A stretch of 64,000 bases of DNA from Blepharisma stoltei ATCC 30299 (lineage: Eukaryota > Protista > Ciliophora): positions 558,001 to 622,000 of the forward strand of contig CBFDEM010000021.1 of NCBI GenBank assembly GCA_965603825.1, given 5' to 3'. Below, one piece after another: positions 24,260 through 35,516 of this stretch. The position numbers were made by a program, and so were the translations under genes. The notes below the pieces were generated by a model that searched no databases, was not told the DNA's origin, and was given only the letters and a program-made list of their open reading frames with translations. The first letter of the stretch is position 1, and every line of letters begins with the position of its first letter.

Positions 24260-24697
24260 TTATAGACAAGGCTGAGACTGAGTTCTTCTCAGTATAGGCC
24301 TTGTGTTAGGACAAAATTTGATTACAGGAGTTACTATATCAAATGCATCTTGATGCAAAAATGCCGGCTCTGGTAAGCATTTTGCTCTGCATCCTTCATC
24401 GAAATCCAGACTTGGCTCATCGTGATAGCTATCTTGCATTTTCGATTTCAGCTGATTAATCTTCCTGCTTAACTTTTGTATTTCCTTTGTTGTTTCCAAA
24501 TTTCTTCTATTAAGTCTTCCATAGCAAACTGCAGCACGTTCCTTTAAATCTGTTTCCTCGAACATAAATTTCGTTTTTAGTCTTTTATTTTCTCGTTTCT
24601 TTTGAAATATTTCTTGAAACTGGGTCTTATCAATGCTTTCACATGTTGATCTTATAGAAATGCAAAGATCTTTCTGGTAAAAATTGTGTTTTTCCAT
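24260..24697 (-). CDS. Hypothetical protein (145 aa)
   Basis: Clean ATG..TAA ORF, short coiled coil. Confidence 0.65.
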   Translation of the reverse strand: MEKHNFYQKDLCISIRSTCESIDKTQFQEIFQKKRENKRLKTKFMFEETDLKERAAVCYGRLNRRNLETTKEIQKLSRKINQLKSKMQDSYHDEPSLDFDEGCRAKCLPEPAFLHQDAFDIVTPVIKFCPNTRPILRRTQSQPCL

Positions 24698-24813
24698 TTA
24701 TAAAGTTTAACATTATTTGGCTTCTAAACAGTTTTATAGCTTCAGGTAGCATTTAGTTAATAATAAATCTACCATTAATAACTGCATAAATAAATTAATT
24801 CCACTATTTTCTA

Positions 24814-27525
24814 ATGATTGAAGATGCACTATTTTCACAACTAGAGACGAGAGTTAGAAAACTGATTAAAGAGCTCATAGAACCTATAAACAATAGAGTA
24901 GCAAACCATAAAGATTATTTAAAAGAGATACAAAAGCATAATGAATTTACAAAAACTTATATAGAAGGACTGGAGAGCTCTATAAATAGTTTAAACCACA
25001 AAGTAGCATTAGTTGATGATTATTCAAAAAAGTTTATGGAGTTTGAAGCACAGCAGAAGCTGCTGGAAACTAAATTTATCAAAGAAAACGAAAATGTCTT
25101 AAATCACATTGATTTAAATTCAAAAAGACTAAGCCATGTAGAAGAAAAGTCAAACGTAAATTGCAGCCAAATTGAATTATTAAGAATTGACATAACTAAG
25201 TTTGCATCAGATTTAAAATCAGTCAGGCTTAGTGTCGATGAAAAGATGTTCGAATACAAAGAAATCAATAAAAAAGCGCAAAATGAATTCTACGAAAAAC
25301 TTGTCGAGCTCCAAAACAGAATCATTGGGGTAGAAATAAATTATAACCAACTAAGTAGAGATTTATGTGAGGTGGATGTCACTGCAAGAAAAGCTGAAAG
25401 AATCGCGGAACAAATAAAAGAAGGACACAAAACAATAGGAAGCTCAATAAATAAGATGAAATTGAGAAACAAAGAAAACATAATGAAAGTTCAAGAAAAT
25501 CTATCAATGAAATCACAAGAATTAGAAGTCAAAATCAATGAAATGAAAAATTACATTAAGGTCGACCATACAATCAGCCTGAATTTAGGGATGAATGAAA
25601 CTCTTTTTAGCATTATTATTGATCCAAGAATGAAGCGTAAATTAGCTGAATATGAACAGTCCTTTTATGAAAAGTGAGAAGCCTTGGGGGTTTCAGAAGA
25701 AGTTAAAGAAAAAATAATAAAATCTCAGCTGATCACTTCTCAAATATTAGGAACTCCAATACCTCCATCTATGGAAAACAGTAAAAAGGCAAAACTAAAA
25801 GATCAATCATCCGCCTCTAGCTTGGCATCTTCTGCAGCGAATACTCGAAAGGTACCCAGAAGAAACTATATATCTAAGAGAGGCACATTTCAAAGCATCG
25901 CAAAAGAAGAAAAGCAGGATAGCAATTCGAATAGGTCAATGGAGTCTAGCTATAATGAGAAGAAAATCGAGCAGGTGGGCCAAAGTTTAGAAGCTAAAGA
26001 AGAGATTGGCAAAGAAAAATACGATATAATCACTAAAATAAATGAAGCGAATAATGAAAATCAGTCAGAAATAAATTCCCCGGAGCCTATTGTAATACAG
26101 ATTCCTGAAATTGCTGAATTGAGTGCGATTGAAAAGCCTAAAACGCCTGAAGAAACATTTGGAAAAAGAGATAATATTTCAGCTATAATACAGGAGTCTA
26201 AAGCCCCATCTGTCTATGAACCAAAATCTCCGATTAATAGACCAAGATCACCAATTGCTCCAAAATCTCCTGTCCATGAAATAAAAGCCTTTAATGACTC
26301 ATCAGCTCTAAAACAAAGTGTCAAATCCCGAAGCCCAAGCAGAAAATCTTCGAATCACGATTTTGACTATCCAAGCCCAGACATAAAGCCCAATCTATAT
26401 TTAAGAACTTCCCATGATAGACTTGACATGTCAAGAAAAACTGATATTTCACCATCTATCGACTATATGTCATTTATCCAAGATCTTCAATCTAAAATAG
26501 ACGATATCATTGAGAACCAAGAAATTATGAGATCTCAAGCAGACGAAGTTCAAGACATTCAAGATGAAATCAGAGGTCAATTAGATGAAATTAGAGACCA
26601 TATCGGCGATTTAATTACACAATATGAAGAAACCAAATATACCATAGATGACGATAAAGAAGTACAAGAAAGCATTCTTGGGCAAATAGATGAATTGAGG
26701 GAATTCTTAGAAGAAATAAAAACTCTTCATGACCAATTATCTGAGTTGCAAAGTCAAAATTTTAAAACAGTCTCAGAAAAAATAAAATTTTTGGAAGAAG
26801 ACGAGAAAAATCAAGTTGAAAATATGAAAAAAGAATGCTATGAAATGACTCAAAATGTAAGCAATGGGTATAAGACTGTTGAGCTTCTGGTTATGCAAGC
26901 TTTGAACGAATGCAATGCTGTAATTAATCAAAGGAAAAGAGACCATTCAGACACAATTACAGAGCTTAAAAGCATGAAGAAAACTATAAATGAGTCGAAA
27001 TCAGAATTCCAAAGTTATATCGGCTCCATTTTATTTTTAAAAAATTCAATAGAAAGCTTATTTGAATATGCAAAAATAAATAATGCTTTACTCATGCAAG
27101 ACGAAACAGACAGGAAAGCAATTTCTTTATTAGGGATTAAAGAAAAAACAAAAAACCTCGATAGTAAGATAGGAAAAGCGCCAGTTGCAATAGATAAGCA
27201 ATGCTTATCATGTGCTGGGCAAGTAGCCTCAGTTGTAAGCGCATTCAAAATAGCTTGTCTTAATTACAGTTCTAATCCAGTGACTTATCGGAACAACTCG
27301 TTCGAGAGAAAAGAACTCATAGATCTGCAATTGAGACTAATTGAAAGCTCATTGGAAGGATACGATTCAAATAGGCAAGATGCTAGTATATCAAGATCAA
27401 TAACTCCGACTTTAATGATGCCAAGACAAAACTCAGCAAGCGCAGAAAGGCAGCTTTATAGATCGGTCTCACCGAGTCCCGAGTTTCCTCCTTTATCGAA
27501 GAAATCGATTGCTTCACTATTATAA
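24814..27525 (+). CDS. Large coiled-coil protein with C-terminal CLSC motif (DUF4795-like)
   Basis: ORFs 24814-25677 and 25684-27525 in frame across TGA 25675; KQCLSC motif. Confidence 0.8.
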
Positions 27526-27979
27526 TTTGAGTCTTTTAATTTCTTAATAAAGTTATTCAATGTAAACGTTAAAACATCTGATATGAACAAAACCGACTTA
27601 ACTGATAAGATAGTGACAGACTCTTTTGGCAAAAACAAAAAAGCAAAGCTATATAAATTCTAATATAGTCAGCCATATTAACTGGAAATTTGCTTGGCGA
27701 AGAAAATGGAAAGCTTGGAAATTCAGCATTTTTTATAAAAGTCTTGCTAATGGATTCAATGACGAGAGCCAAATAAAGCAAATATAAATTTTGTAAATAT
27801 AGATTGACTCTAATTTTTTACTAATTTAATTTATAGTCAAATAAATCAAGAATAAGCAATAATTATGATTTTCATTATAATTAAATAAAATCGAAAAGAG
27901 AAAAAATAGTTCAAAGCTATTCAGCTCATTAAAATTTATTCCCAAAAGACATTTCTGATGAAAGCATTATAATTAGTAA

Positions 27980-30900
27980 ATGGAAATAATTACTTCTCGT
28001 CCGCTCATTAAAGCGCAGAAGTTCGTAAGCAAAGAAGAATTAATTAAGCTAGTCGACATCTACATGGATAGGACTTTTGATGAGGACATACAAGTTATTG
28101 AGGAGACTGGAGGGATAAAGGAATTTGAGAACTTACTCATGGTGGAATTTTCTCAGGGCTTGAAATCTGATGAAGATCCCTCTGAAAGAATTTCTCATTT
28201 TGGGTCAAACAAGAAAACTGATAAAGAGCCACCATCTTTCTGGAAAATGTGTTGGCAAATTTTTAAAGATAAAATATTAATAACCCTCTCAGTGCTTGGG
28301 TTCATCAGCCTCGTTATTGGCGCCACTTTGGCTGAGCACCCCGAATATGGCTGGATTGAAGGTTTCAGTATTTTAGTGTCAGTGGTTGTTATTGTGTTAG
28401 TAACAGCAATAAACGACTATAAAAAAGAAAAGAAATTCTTCGAGCTTCAGAGCATTCATAAGAGTAGACAGCATTTTACCATACTTCGAGACGGAAGCTA
28501 TAAAACAATTCATCCTGATGAGATATTGGTTGGAGACATTTTGAAAATAGACCAAGGTTGCATTATTCCTGTTGATGGAGTTATTATAACTTCTCATCAC
28601 CTTCAGGTCAATGAAGCTTCTTTAACTGGCGAAAATGATAACTTACATAAAGCTTCCTATGAAAAATGCATCAAAAAAATAGAGGAATACTTAGAAAACA
28701 ATGTCCCAGGGCCAAACAGTAAGCACGATATTCCATCCCCGATTTGCATATCTGGAACTAATGTCGTAGAAGGAGCAGGTGAAATACTAGTCATTGCTGT
28801 TGGTGAAAATTCAAAAGAAGGAAGGATTAAAGGACTTAGCATAGGGGAAGACGAAATTTCTCCACTTAAAACAAAAATTGATAATCTCATTAGTAGAATT
28901 TCGAACGTAGCAATAGCAATTAGTTTTACTTCAGTGTTTGTGCTATATATTCGATTTTTTATTGAATTAGGAGTAGGAACAACAACATGGGATACAGATG
29001 ACGGAATTAGAACGTTAATTGAATTTGTGGTTGAGGGAATTATTATCCTTGTTGTCTCTATCCCTGAAGGGTTGCCTCTTACTGTCACTCTGACATTAGC
29101 TTATGCTGTCAAAAAAATGCAGCAGGATCACAATTTAGTAAAGAAAATCCGAGCTTGCGAAATCATGGGAGGGGCTGACACTATTTGTTCAGATAAGACA
29201 GGAACGTTAACCAAAAACGAAATGGAAGTCAAATCCTTTTCTATTAATGCCATTATTTATCAACGGTCTGAACTCAGTCAGCTATTTCAAAATCATGATG
29301 ACTATCTAGGCTTTTTTAAAGATGCAATATCACTTACCACGACTGCACGAATTGATGAAGATAAGAGAGAAATAGGATCAAAAACTGAACTAGCTATGAT
29401 AAAATTTCTTGATAGCTTAGGTATCACAGATTATCAATTTATCAGAGATTATTACAAAGGAAAAATCATCGCAAAAAACCCTTTCAGCTCTGTAAGAAAA
29501 AGAAGCAGCATTATTATTCAATATAATGAAGATATCAAAAGAATTTACGTTTTAGGAGCTTCTGAATATATCCTTTCATCGTGTACGCATACGCTTACGC
29601 CTCAAGCAACTATAAATAGAATTAGAAAAATTCAGAGAACCAAATCAAATAAGGATATAAACGAAATGGCCTCAGAGGGGCTAAGAACTATTGGCCTAGC
29701 ATTTAAAGATTTGAGTGAAAGCGAATTGGACCAAGTGATTAATATCAAAAACTATCATGCTTCTCTTGAAGAAACAGATTTAGTGCTTATAGGTGTCCTC
29801 GGGATCTATGATCCCCCTAGAGACGAAGTGCAAAAAGCTATTGAAGACTGTAAAGCAGCCAGTATTAAAGTTCGAATGGTAACAGGGGATAATAAGGACA
29901 CAGCGTTTTCTATTGCGAAATCTATAGGCATTGCGAATAAAAACAGCCTTGTGCTATCTGGAGAAGAGTTCAGAAAAGAAGTCGAAGGAATCGTTTGTGA
30001 GAAGCACCGTACTGAAATCTGTGAATGTCAAAACTCCAAAGGAAATGCCAGAATTGACGTTGTTGGAAATATTGAAAGGTTCAAAGAAATTATCGATAAC
30101 CTAGATGTCTTAGCAAGGTCTCAGCCAGAAGATAAGTACATCCTTGTCACAGGATTAAAACAATTAGGCCATGTTGTAGCTGTTACTGGAGATGGGACCA
30201 ATGATGCGCCTGCGCTAAAAAAAGCAAATATAGGGTTTGCAATGGGAATTTCTGGAACTGAGATGGCTCGAGAAGCAGCAGACATAATTCTTCTTGACGA
30301 TAACTTTAGTTCTATCGTTAAAGCTGTTCTTTGGGGAAGAAGCATTTATGAAAATATTCAAAGGTTCCTCCAGTTCCAACTGTCTGTTAACCTAACTGCT
30401 GTTGTTGTAGCAATTGTAGGTGTTGTTTCGATAAAGTCAACAGTTTTGACCGCAGTTCAATTGCTTTGGGTGAATTTAATCATGAACACATTTGCTTCCT
30501 TAGCTTTAGCAACAGAATCGCCATCTGAAAGCTTACTTACAAGAAAGCCAAATAGTCCTAAAGACTCTATTATTACAAATTTGATGTACAAGCATATTTT
30601 TGGCCAATCATTTTTGCAAATTTCGGTTATTCTCGCTATGGTTTTTGCTGGGGAATGGTTTTTACCAGAATATGGAAATACAAGCGATATGAGTGTTTTA
30701 GTAAACCCAGATGACTCAAGTATGGTAAGGTCTGGAAGACCTTATCACTTGGATGGCTCAAAAGACTATATTGATTTCTATGATGACCCAGATTATGGGC
30801 CTAGTCGGCATTTTACTTATATATTTAACATTTTTGTGCTGTTCCAGCTGTTTAATGAAATCAACTCTAGAAAACTAAGAGATGAATGGTGAATCTTTTC

Positions 30901-31132
30901 TAATATAAGGAAAAGTAAATTTTTTATCCCAATATGGCTATTCACATTTGTTGTTCAAGTTATAATGGTGGAATTTGGAAGCATTGCTATGAGCTGCCAT
31001 CAAGAAGGGTTAACTGTTGAGCAATGGTTTATTTGTGTTGCATGGGCTTCCTCTACTCTTGTTTGGAGATTTGTTTTGCTACTTATTCCCCCTTTTAATC
31101 TTAAAAGCAGGGTAGATGAGGAAAATGGATAA
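27980..31132 (+). CDS. P2B-type (PMCA-like) Ca2+-ATPase, copy 1 (1050 aa)
   Basis: IPEGLPL, DKTGTLT, MVTGDN, TGDGTNDAPAL; TGA 30890-30892 aligns to TGG in copy 2; TAA 31130-31132. Confidence 0.95.
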
Positions 31133-31310
31133 AAGTTCAAATATTAAATCGTGGCAGTTTTAGATTTTTTATTTAAAACTAATACGTAATTTATTTAATT
31201 TCTAAAACCCATCTATATCAACTAACTTTAATGAATATATGTAAAATTTAAGATACTTAGCCCCATCTTGATAAAATGATTCTCATATGGTAAAGCGTAA
31301 AATCAACCTA

Positions 31311-31952
31311 TTTACTGGAAAATCTTCGGTTGAAGTATTGCTAATTCCGAATTTTACTTTTCTATAATCTCTTTACTTTCATGAACTTTTAGAAATTTTA
31401 ATTGTATTTTAATATTGAGGGGTAAAAGAAGACCACAAGTTATTAGCAAGTGACAAAGTCCAGCTGGTTTCAAAGCTTGAAATTGATGAATCCTCTTTTC
31501 AGGATATTGCACATTTCATAAAACTCGTCAAGCTTTCTAGAATTTAAACTATTGTTATTTTACTCCTCATTTGATTTTAAGCTTTATCCTTTCACTGGTA
31601 ATGACACACAGCAAGTTCGCGCACCTTCAGTTGCTTGAATCCTAGTTGTAAAAAATGGCGAAGTCAATATAGTTCTTGTTTTATTCAATAAAATCGATGA
31701 AAACAACTTATTAAGCTATTTTATAGAAAATGACGTAAATATCATTCAGGCAATAGGAGAAATGATGTTTGGATTGCTAGAGATTATCAAACTTTGAAAA
31801 GAACTAGAGACAAGGCCCTTTAAACAAAAGAAGCTAGCTGAGGAAAATACAAATAGAGCAAACTGCACACTTGAAATAATGATAAAAGAAAGCTCCTTTA
31901 AAAATGCATTGAAATTGCTACTGAAGAAAATGTTAAAACACAGCCCATTTTG
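31311..31952 (+). pseudogene. Degenerate copy of the 5' part of the GAF-PDE gene (about 36961-37525)
   Basis: Colinear nucleotide similarity; TAC>TAG at 31538-31540, 1-nt deletion near 31885, 81-bp insertion. Confidence 0.92.
31342..31424. mobile_element. 81-bp TA-bounded insertion (IES-like)
   Basis: gtattgc-TA-[79 nt]-TA-aaagaagaccac versus gtattgc-TA-aaagaagaccac at 36992 in the intact gene; about 22% GC; in-frame TAA. Confidence 0.7.
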
Positions 31953-32100
31953 AAATTGCTGAATTGAGTGCGATTATGGAGCCTAAAATACCTGGAAAAT
32001 TTTTGTAAAAAGATATAATATTTCACCTATAATTCACGAGCCTAAAGCCCCGCCTGCCTATAAAAACCCCTCCAATTAGTAGACCAAGATCGCCTTTAGC
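31951..32100 (+). pseudogene. Degenerate internal fragment of the coiled-coil gene (about 26106-26260)
   Basis: tgaaattgctgaattgagtgcgatt identical at 26106 and 31951; similarity continues to agaccaagatc. Confidence 0.9.
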
Positions 32101-32363
32101 CAGTCATATTAACTGGAAATTTGCTTGGCGAAGAAAATGGAAAGCTTGAATAATTAACATTTTTTAAAGTCTCGCCAATACATCCAATAAGAGAACCAAA
32201 AATTGCAAATTATTATTTTATAAAATAGATTACTTATGATTTTTACTAATTAATTTCTAATTAAATAAAATAAAATCGAAAAGAGAAAAATAGTTTAAAG
32301 CTGTTAGCTCATTAAAATTTATTCAAAAAAAGACATTTCTGGTGAAAGGATTATAATTAGTAA
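32101..32363 (+). repeat. Duplicated upstream region of the PMCA genes (copy of about 27670-27979)
   Basis: catattaactggaaatttgcttggcgaagaaaatggaaagcttg shared; colinear up to the ATG. Confidence 0.9.
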
Positions 32364-35300
32364 ATGGAAACAATTACTTCTCGTCCGCTCATTAAAGCGC
32401 AGAAGTTTGTAAGCAAAGAAGAATTGATGAAGTTAGTCGACATCTACATGGATAGGACTTTTGACGAGGATATGCAAGTTATCGAAGATACTGGAGGGAT
32501 AAAAGAATTTGAGAGCTTACTGGGGGTAGAATTTTCTCAGGGCTTGAAATCTGATGAAGATCCCTCTGAAAGAATTTCTCACTTTGGGTCAAACAAGAAA
32601 ACTGATAAAGAGCCACCATCTTTCTGGAAAATGTGTTGGCAAATTTTTAAGGATAAAATATTAATAACCCTCTCAGTGCTTGGATTCATCAGCCTCGTTA
32701 TTGGCGCCACTCTGGCTGAGCATCCCGAATATGGCTGGATTGAAGGCTTCAGCATTTTAGTGTCAGTGGTTGTTATTGTGTTTGTAACAGCAATAAATGA
32801 CTATCAAAAAGAAAAGAAATTCTTCGAGCTTCAGAGCATTCATAAGGATAGACAGCATTTCACCATACTTCGAGATGGAAGCTATAAAACAATTCATCCT
32901 GATGAAATATTGGTTGGAGACATTTTGAAAATAGACCAAGGCTGTATTATTCCTGTTGACGGAATTATTATAGCTTCTCATCACCTTCAGGTCAATGAAG
33001 CTTCTTTAACTGGCGAAAATGATAACTTACATAAAGCTTCCTACGAAAAATGCATCAAAAAAATAGAGGAATACTTAGAAAACAATGTCCCAGGGCAAAG
33101 CAGTAAGCACGATATCCCATCACCAATTTGCATATCAGGAACTAATGTCGTAGAAGGAATAGGTGAAATGCTAGTCATTGCTGTTGGTGAAAATTCAAAA
33201 GAAGGAAGGATTAAAGGACTTAGTATAGGGGAAGACGAAAATACTCCGCTTAAGACAAAAATTGACAATCTCATGAATAAAGTTTCAAACTTAGCAATAG
33301 CAATTAGCTTTACTTCAGTTTTTATACTATATATCCGATTTTTTATTGAATTAGGAGTTGGAACAGCAGCATGGGATACAGATGATGGAATAAGAACGTT
33401 AATTGGATTTGTGGTTGAAGGAATCGTTATCCTTGTAGTTGCTATACCTGAAGGGTTGCCTCTTGCTGTCACTCTGACATTAGCTTATTCTGTCAAAAAA
33501 ATGCAGCAGGATCACAATTTAGTAAAGAAAATCCGGGCTTGCGAAATCATGGGAGGGGCTGACACTATTTGTTCAGATAAGACAGGAACGTTAACCAAAA
33601 ACGAAATGGAAGTCAAATCCTTCTCAATTAATTCTACTATTTATGAACGATCTGAGCTAAATCAGCTATTTCAAAATCATGATGACTATCTAGGCTTTTT
33701 TAAAGATGCAATATCACTTACCACGACTGCACGAATTGATGAAGATAAGAGAGAAATAGGATCAAAAACTGAACTAGCTATGATAAAACTTCTGAATAGC
33801 TTAGGTATCACAGATTATGAATATATCAGAGATTACTATAAAGGAAAAATCATTGCAAAAAACCCTTTCAGCTCTGTAAGAAAAAGAAGTAGCATAATTA
33901 TTCAATATAATGAAGATATCAAAAGAATTTACGTTTTGGGAGCTTCTGAATATATTCTTTCATCGTGTACGCATACGCTTACGCCTGAAGCAACTATAAA
34001 TAAGATTAAAAAAATTCAGAGAACCAAATCAAATAAGGATATAAACGAAATGGCCTCAGAAGGGCTAAGAACTATTGGCCTAGCATTTAAAGATTTGAGT
34101 GAAAGCGACTTGGACCAGGCAATTAATATCAAAAACTATCATGCTTCTCTTGAAGAAACAGATTTAGTGCTTATAGGCATATTTGGAATCTATGATCCCC
34201 CTAGAGACGAAGTGCAAAAAGCTATTGAAGACTGTAAAGCAGCCAGTATTAAAGTTCGAATGGTAACAGGGGACAATAAGGCCACAGCATTCTCTATTGC
34301 GAAATCTATAGGCATTGCTAATAAAAACAGCCTTGTGCTATCTGGAGAAGAGTTCAGAAAAGAAGTCGAAGGAATCGTTTGTGAGAAGCACCGTACTGAA
34401 ATCTGTGAATGCCAGAACACCAAAGGAAATGCTAGAACTGACGTTGTTGGAAATATTGAAAGGTTCAAAGAAATTATCGATAACCTAGATGTCTTAGCAA
34501 GGTCTCAGCCAGAAGACAAGTATATCCTTGTCACAGGATTAAAACAATTAGGCCATGTTGTAGCTGTAACAGGAGATGGGACCAATGATGCACCTGCGCT
34601 AAAAAAAGCAAATATAGGGTTTGCAATGGGAATTTCTGGAACTGAGATGGCTCGAGAAGCAGCAGACATAATTCTTCTTGACGATAACTTTAGTTCTATC
34701 GTTAAAGCTGTTCTTTGGGGAAGAAGCATTTATGAAAATATTCAAAGGTTCCTCCAGTTCCAACTGTCTGTTAACCTAACTGCTGTTACTGTTGCAATTG
34801 TAGGTGTTGTTTCGATAAAGTCAACAGTTTTGACCGCAGTTCAATTGCTTTGGGTGAATTTAATCATGAACACATTTGCTTCCTTAGCTTTAGCAACAGA
34901 ATCGCCGTCTGACAGCTTACTTACAAGAAAACCAAATAGTCCTAAATCCTCTATTATAACAAAGTTGATGTTAAAGCATATTTTTGGTCAATCATTTTTG
35001 CAAATTTCGATTATTCTCGTTATGGTGTTTGCTGGGGAATGGTTTTTACCAGAATATGGAAATACAAGTGATATGAGTGTTTTAGTAAACCCAGATGACT
35101 CAAGTATGGTAAGGTCTGGAAGACCTTATCACTTGGATGGCTCAAAAGACTATATTGATTTCTATGATGACCCAGATTATGGTCCTAGTCGGCATTTTAC
35201 TTATATATTTAACATTTTTGTGCTGTTCCAGCTGTTTAATGAAATCAACTCAAGAAAAATAAGAGACGAATGGTGGATCTTTTCGAATATAAAAAAGAGC

Positions 35301-35516
35301 AATTTTTTTATCCCAATATGGCTATTCACATTTATTGTTCAAGTTATAATGGTGGAATTTGGAAGCATTGCTATGAGCTGCCATCAAGAAGGTTTAACTG
35401 TTGAGCAATGGTTTATTTGTGTTGCATGGGCTTCCTCTACTCTTGCTTGGAGATTTGTTTTGTTGCTTATTCCTCCTTACAAAGTAAATGATCAAGTGAA
35501 CGAAGAAAGTAACTGA
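32364..35516 (+). CDS. P2B-type (PMCA-like) Ca2+-ATPase, copy 2 (1050 aa if TGA 35514 stops; extends to TAA 35594 if read as Trp)
   Basis: Colinear paralogue of 27980-31132 with the same motifs; 3' end ambiguous. Confidence 0.93.
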   Translation: METITSRPLIKAQKFVSKEELMKLVDIYMDRTFDEDMQVIEDTGGIKEFESLLGVEFSQGLKSDEDPSERISHFGSNKKTDKEPPSFWKMCWQIFKDKILITLSVLGFISLVIGATLAEHPEYGWIEGFSILVSVVVIVFVTAINDYQKEKKFFELQSIHKDRQHFTILRDGSYKTIHPDEILVGDILKIDQGCIIPVDGIIIASHHLQVNEASLTGENDNLHKASYEKCIKKIEEYLENNVPGQSSKHDIPSPICISGTNVVEGIGEMLVIAVGENSKEGRIKGLSIGEDENTPLKTKIDNLMNKVSNLAIAISFTSVFILYIRFFIELGVGTAAWDTDDGIRTLIGFVVEGIVILVVAIPEGLPLAVTLTLAYSVKKMQQDHNLVKKIRACEIMGGADTICSDKTGTLTKNEMEVKSFSINSTIYERSELNQLFQNHDDYLGFFKDAISLTTTARIDEDKREIGSKTELAMIKLLNSLGITDYEYIRDYYKGKIIAKNPFSSVRKRSSIIIQYNEDIKRIYVLGASEYILSSCTHTLTPEATINKIKKIQRTKSNKDINEMASEGLRTIGLAFKDLSESDLDQAINIKNYHASLEETDLVLIGIFGIYDPPRDEVQKAIEDCKAASIKVRMVTGDNKATAFSIAKSIGIANKNSLVLSGEEFRKEVEGIVCEKHRTEICECQNTKGNARTDVVGNIERFKEIIDNLDVLARSQPEDKYILVTGLKQLGHVVAVTGDGTNDAPALKKANIGFAMGISGTEMAREAADIILLDDNFSSIVKAVLWGRSIYENIQRFLQFQLSVNLTAVTVAIVGVVSIKSTVLTAVQLLWVNLIMNTFASLALATESPSDSLLTRKPNSPKSSIITKLMLKHIFGQSFLQISIILVMVFAGEWFLPEYGNTSDMSVLVNPDDSSMVRSGRPYHLDGSKDYIDFYDDPDYGPSRHFTYIFNIFVLFQLFNEINSRKIRDEWWIFSNIKKSNFFIPIWLFTFIVQVIMVEFGSIAMSCHQEGLTVEQWFICVAWASSTLAWRFVLLLIPPYKVNDQVNEESN

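Noticed and set aside
27831-27879. 44-bp TTATA-bounded indel between the two PMCA upstream regions as another IES
   Set aside because: Very AT-rich with ambiguous alignment; a microhomology deletion explains it equally well
28397-34729. Antisense ORFs in the track (e.g. 28657-29088, 33041-33472, 30121-30345; also 19613-20047, 37317-37769, 53556-53951)
   Set aside because: Shadows of real genes on the opposite strand; their duplication merely mirrors the PMCA duplication
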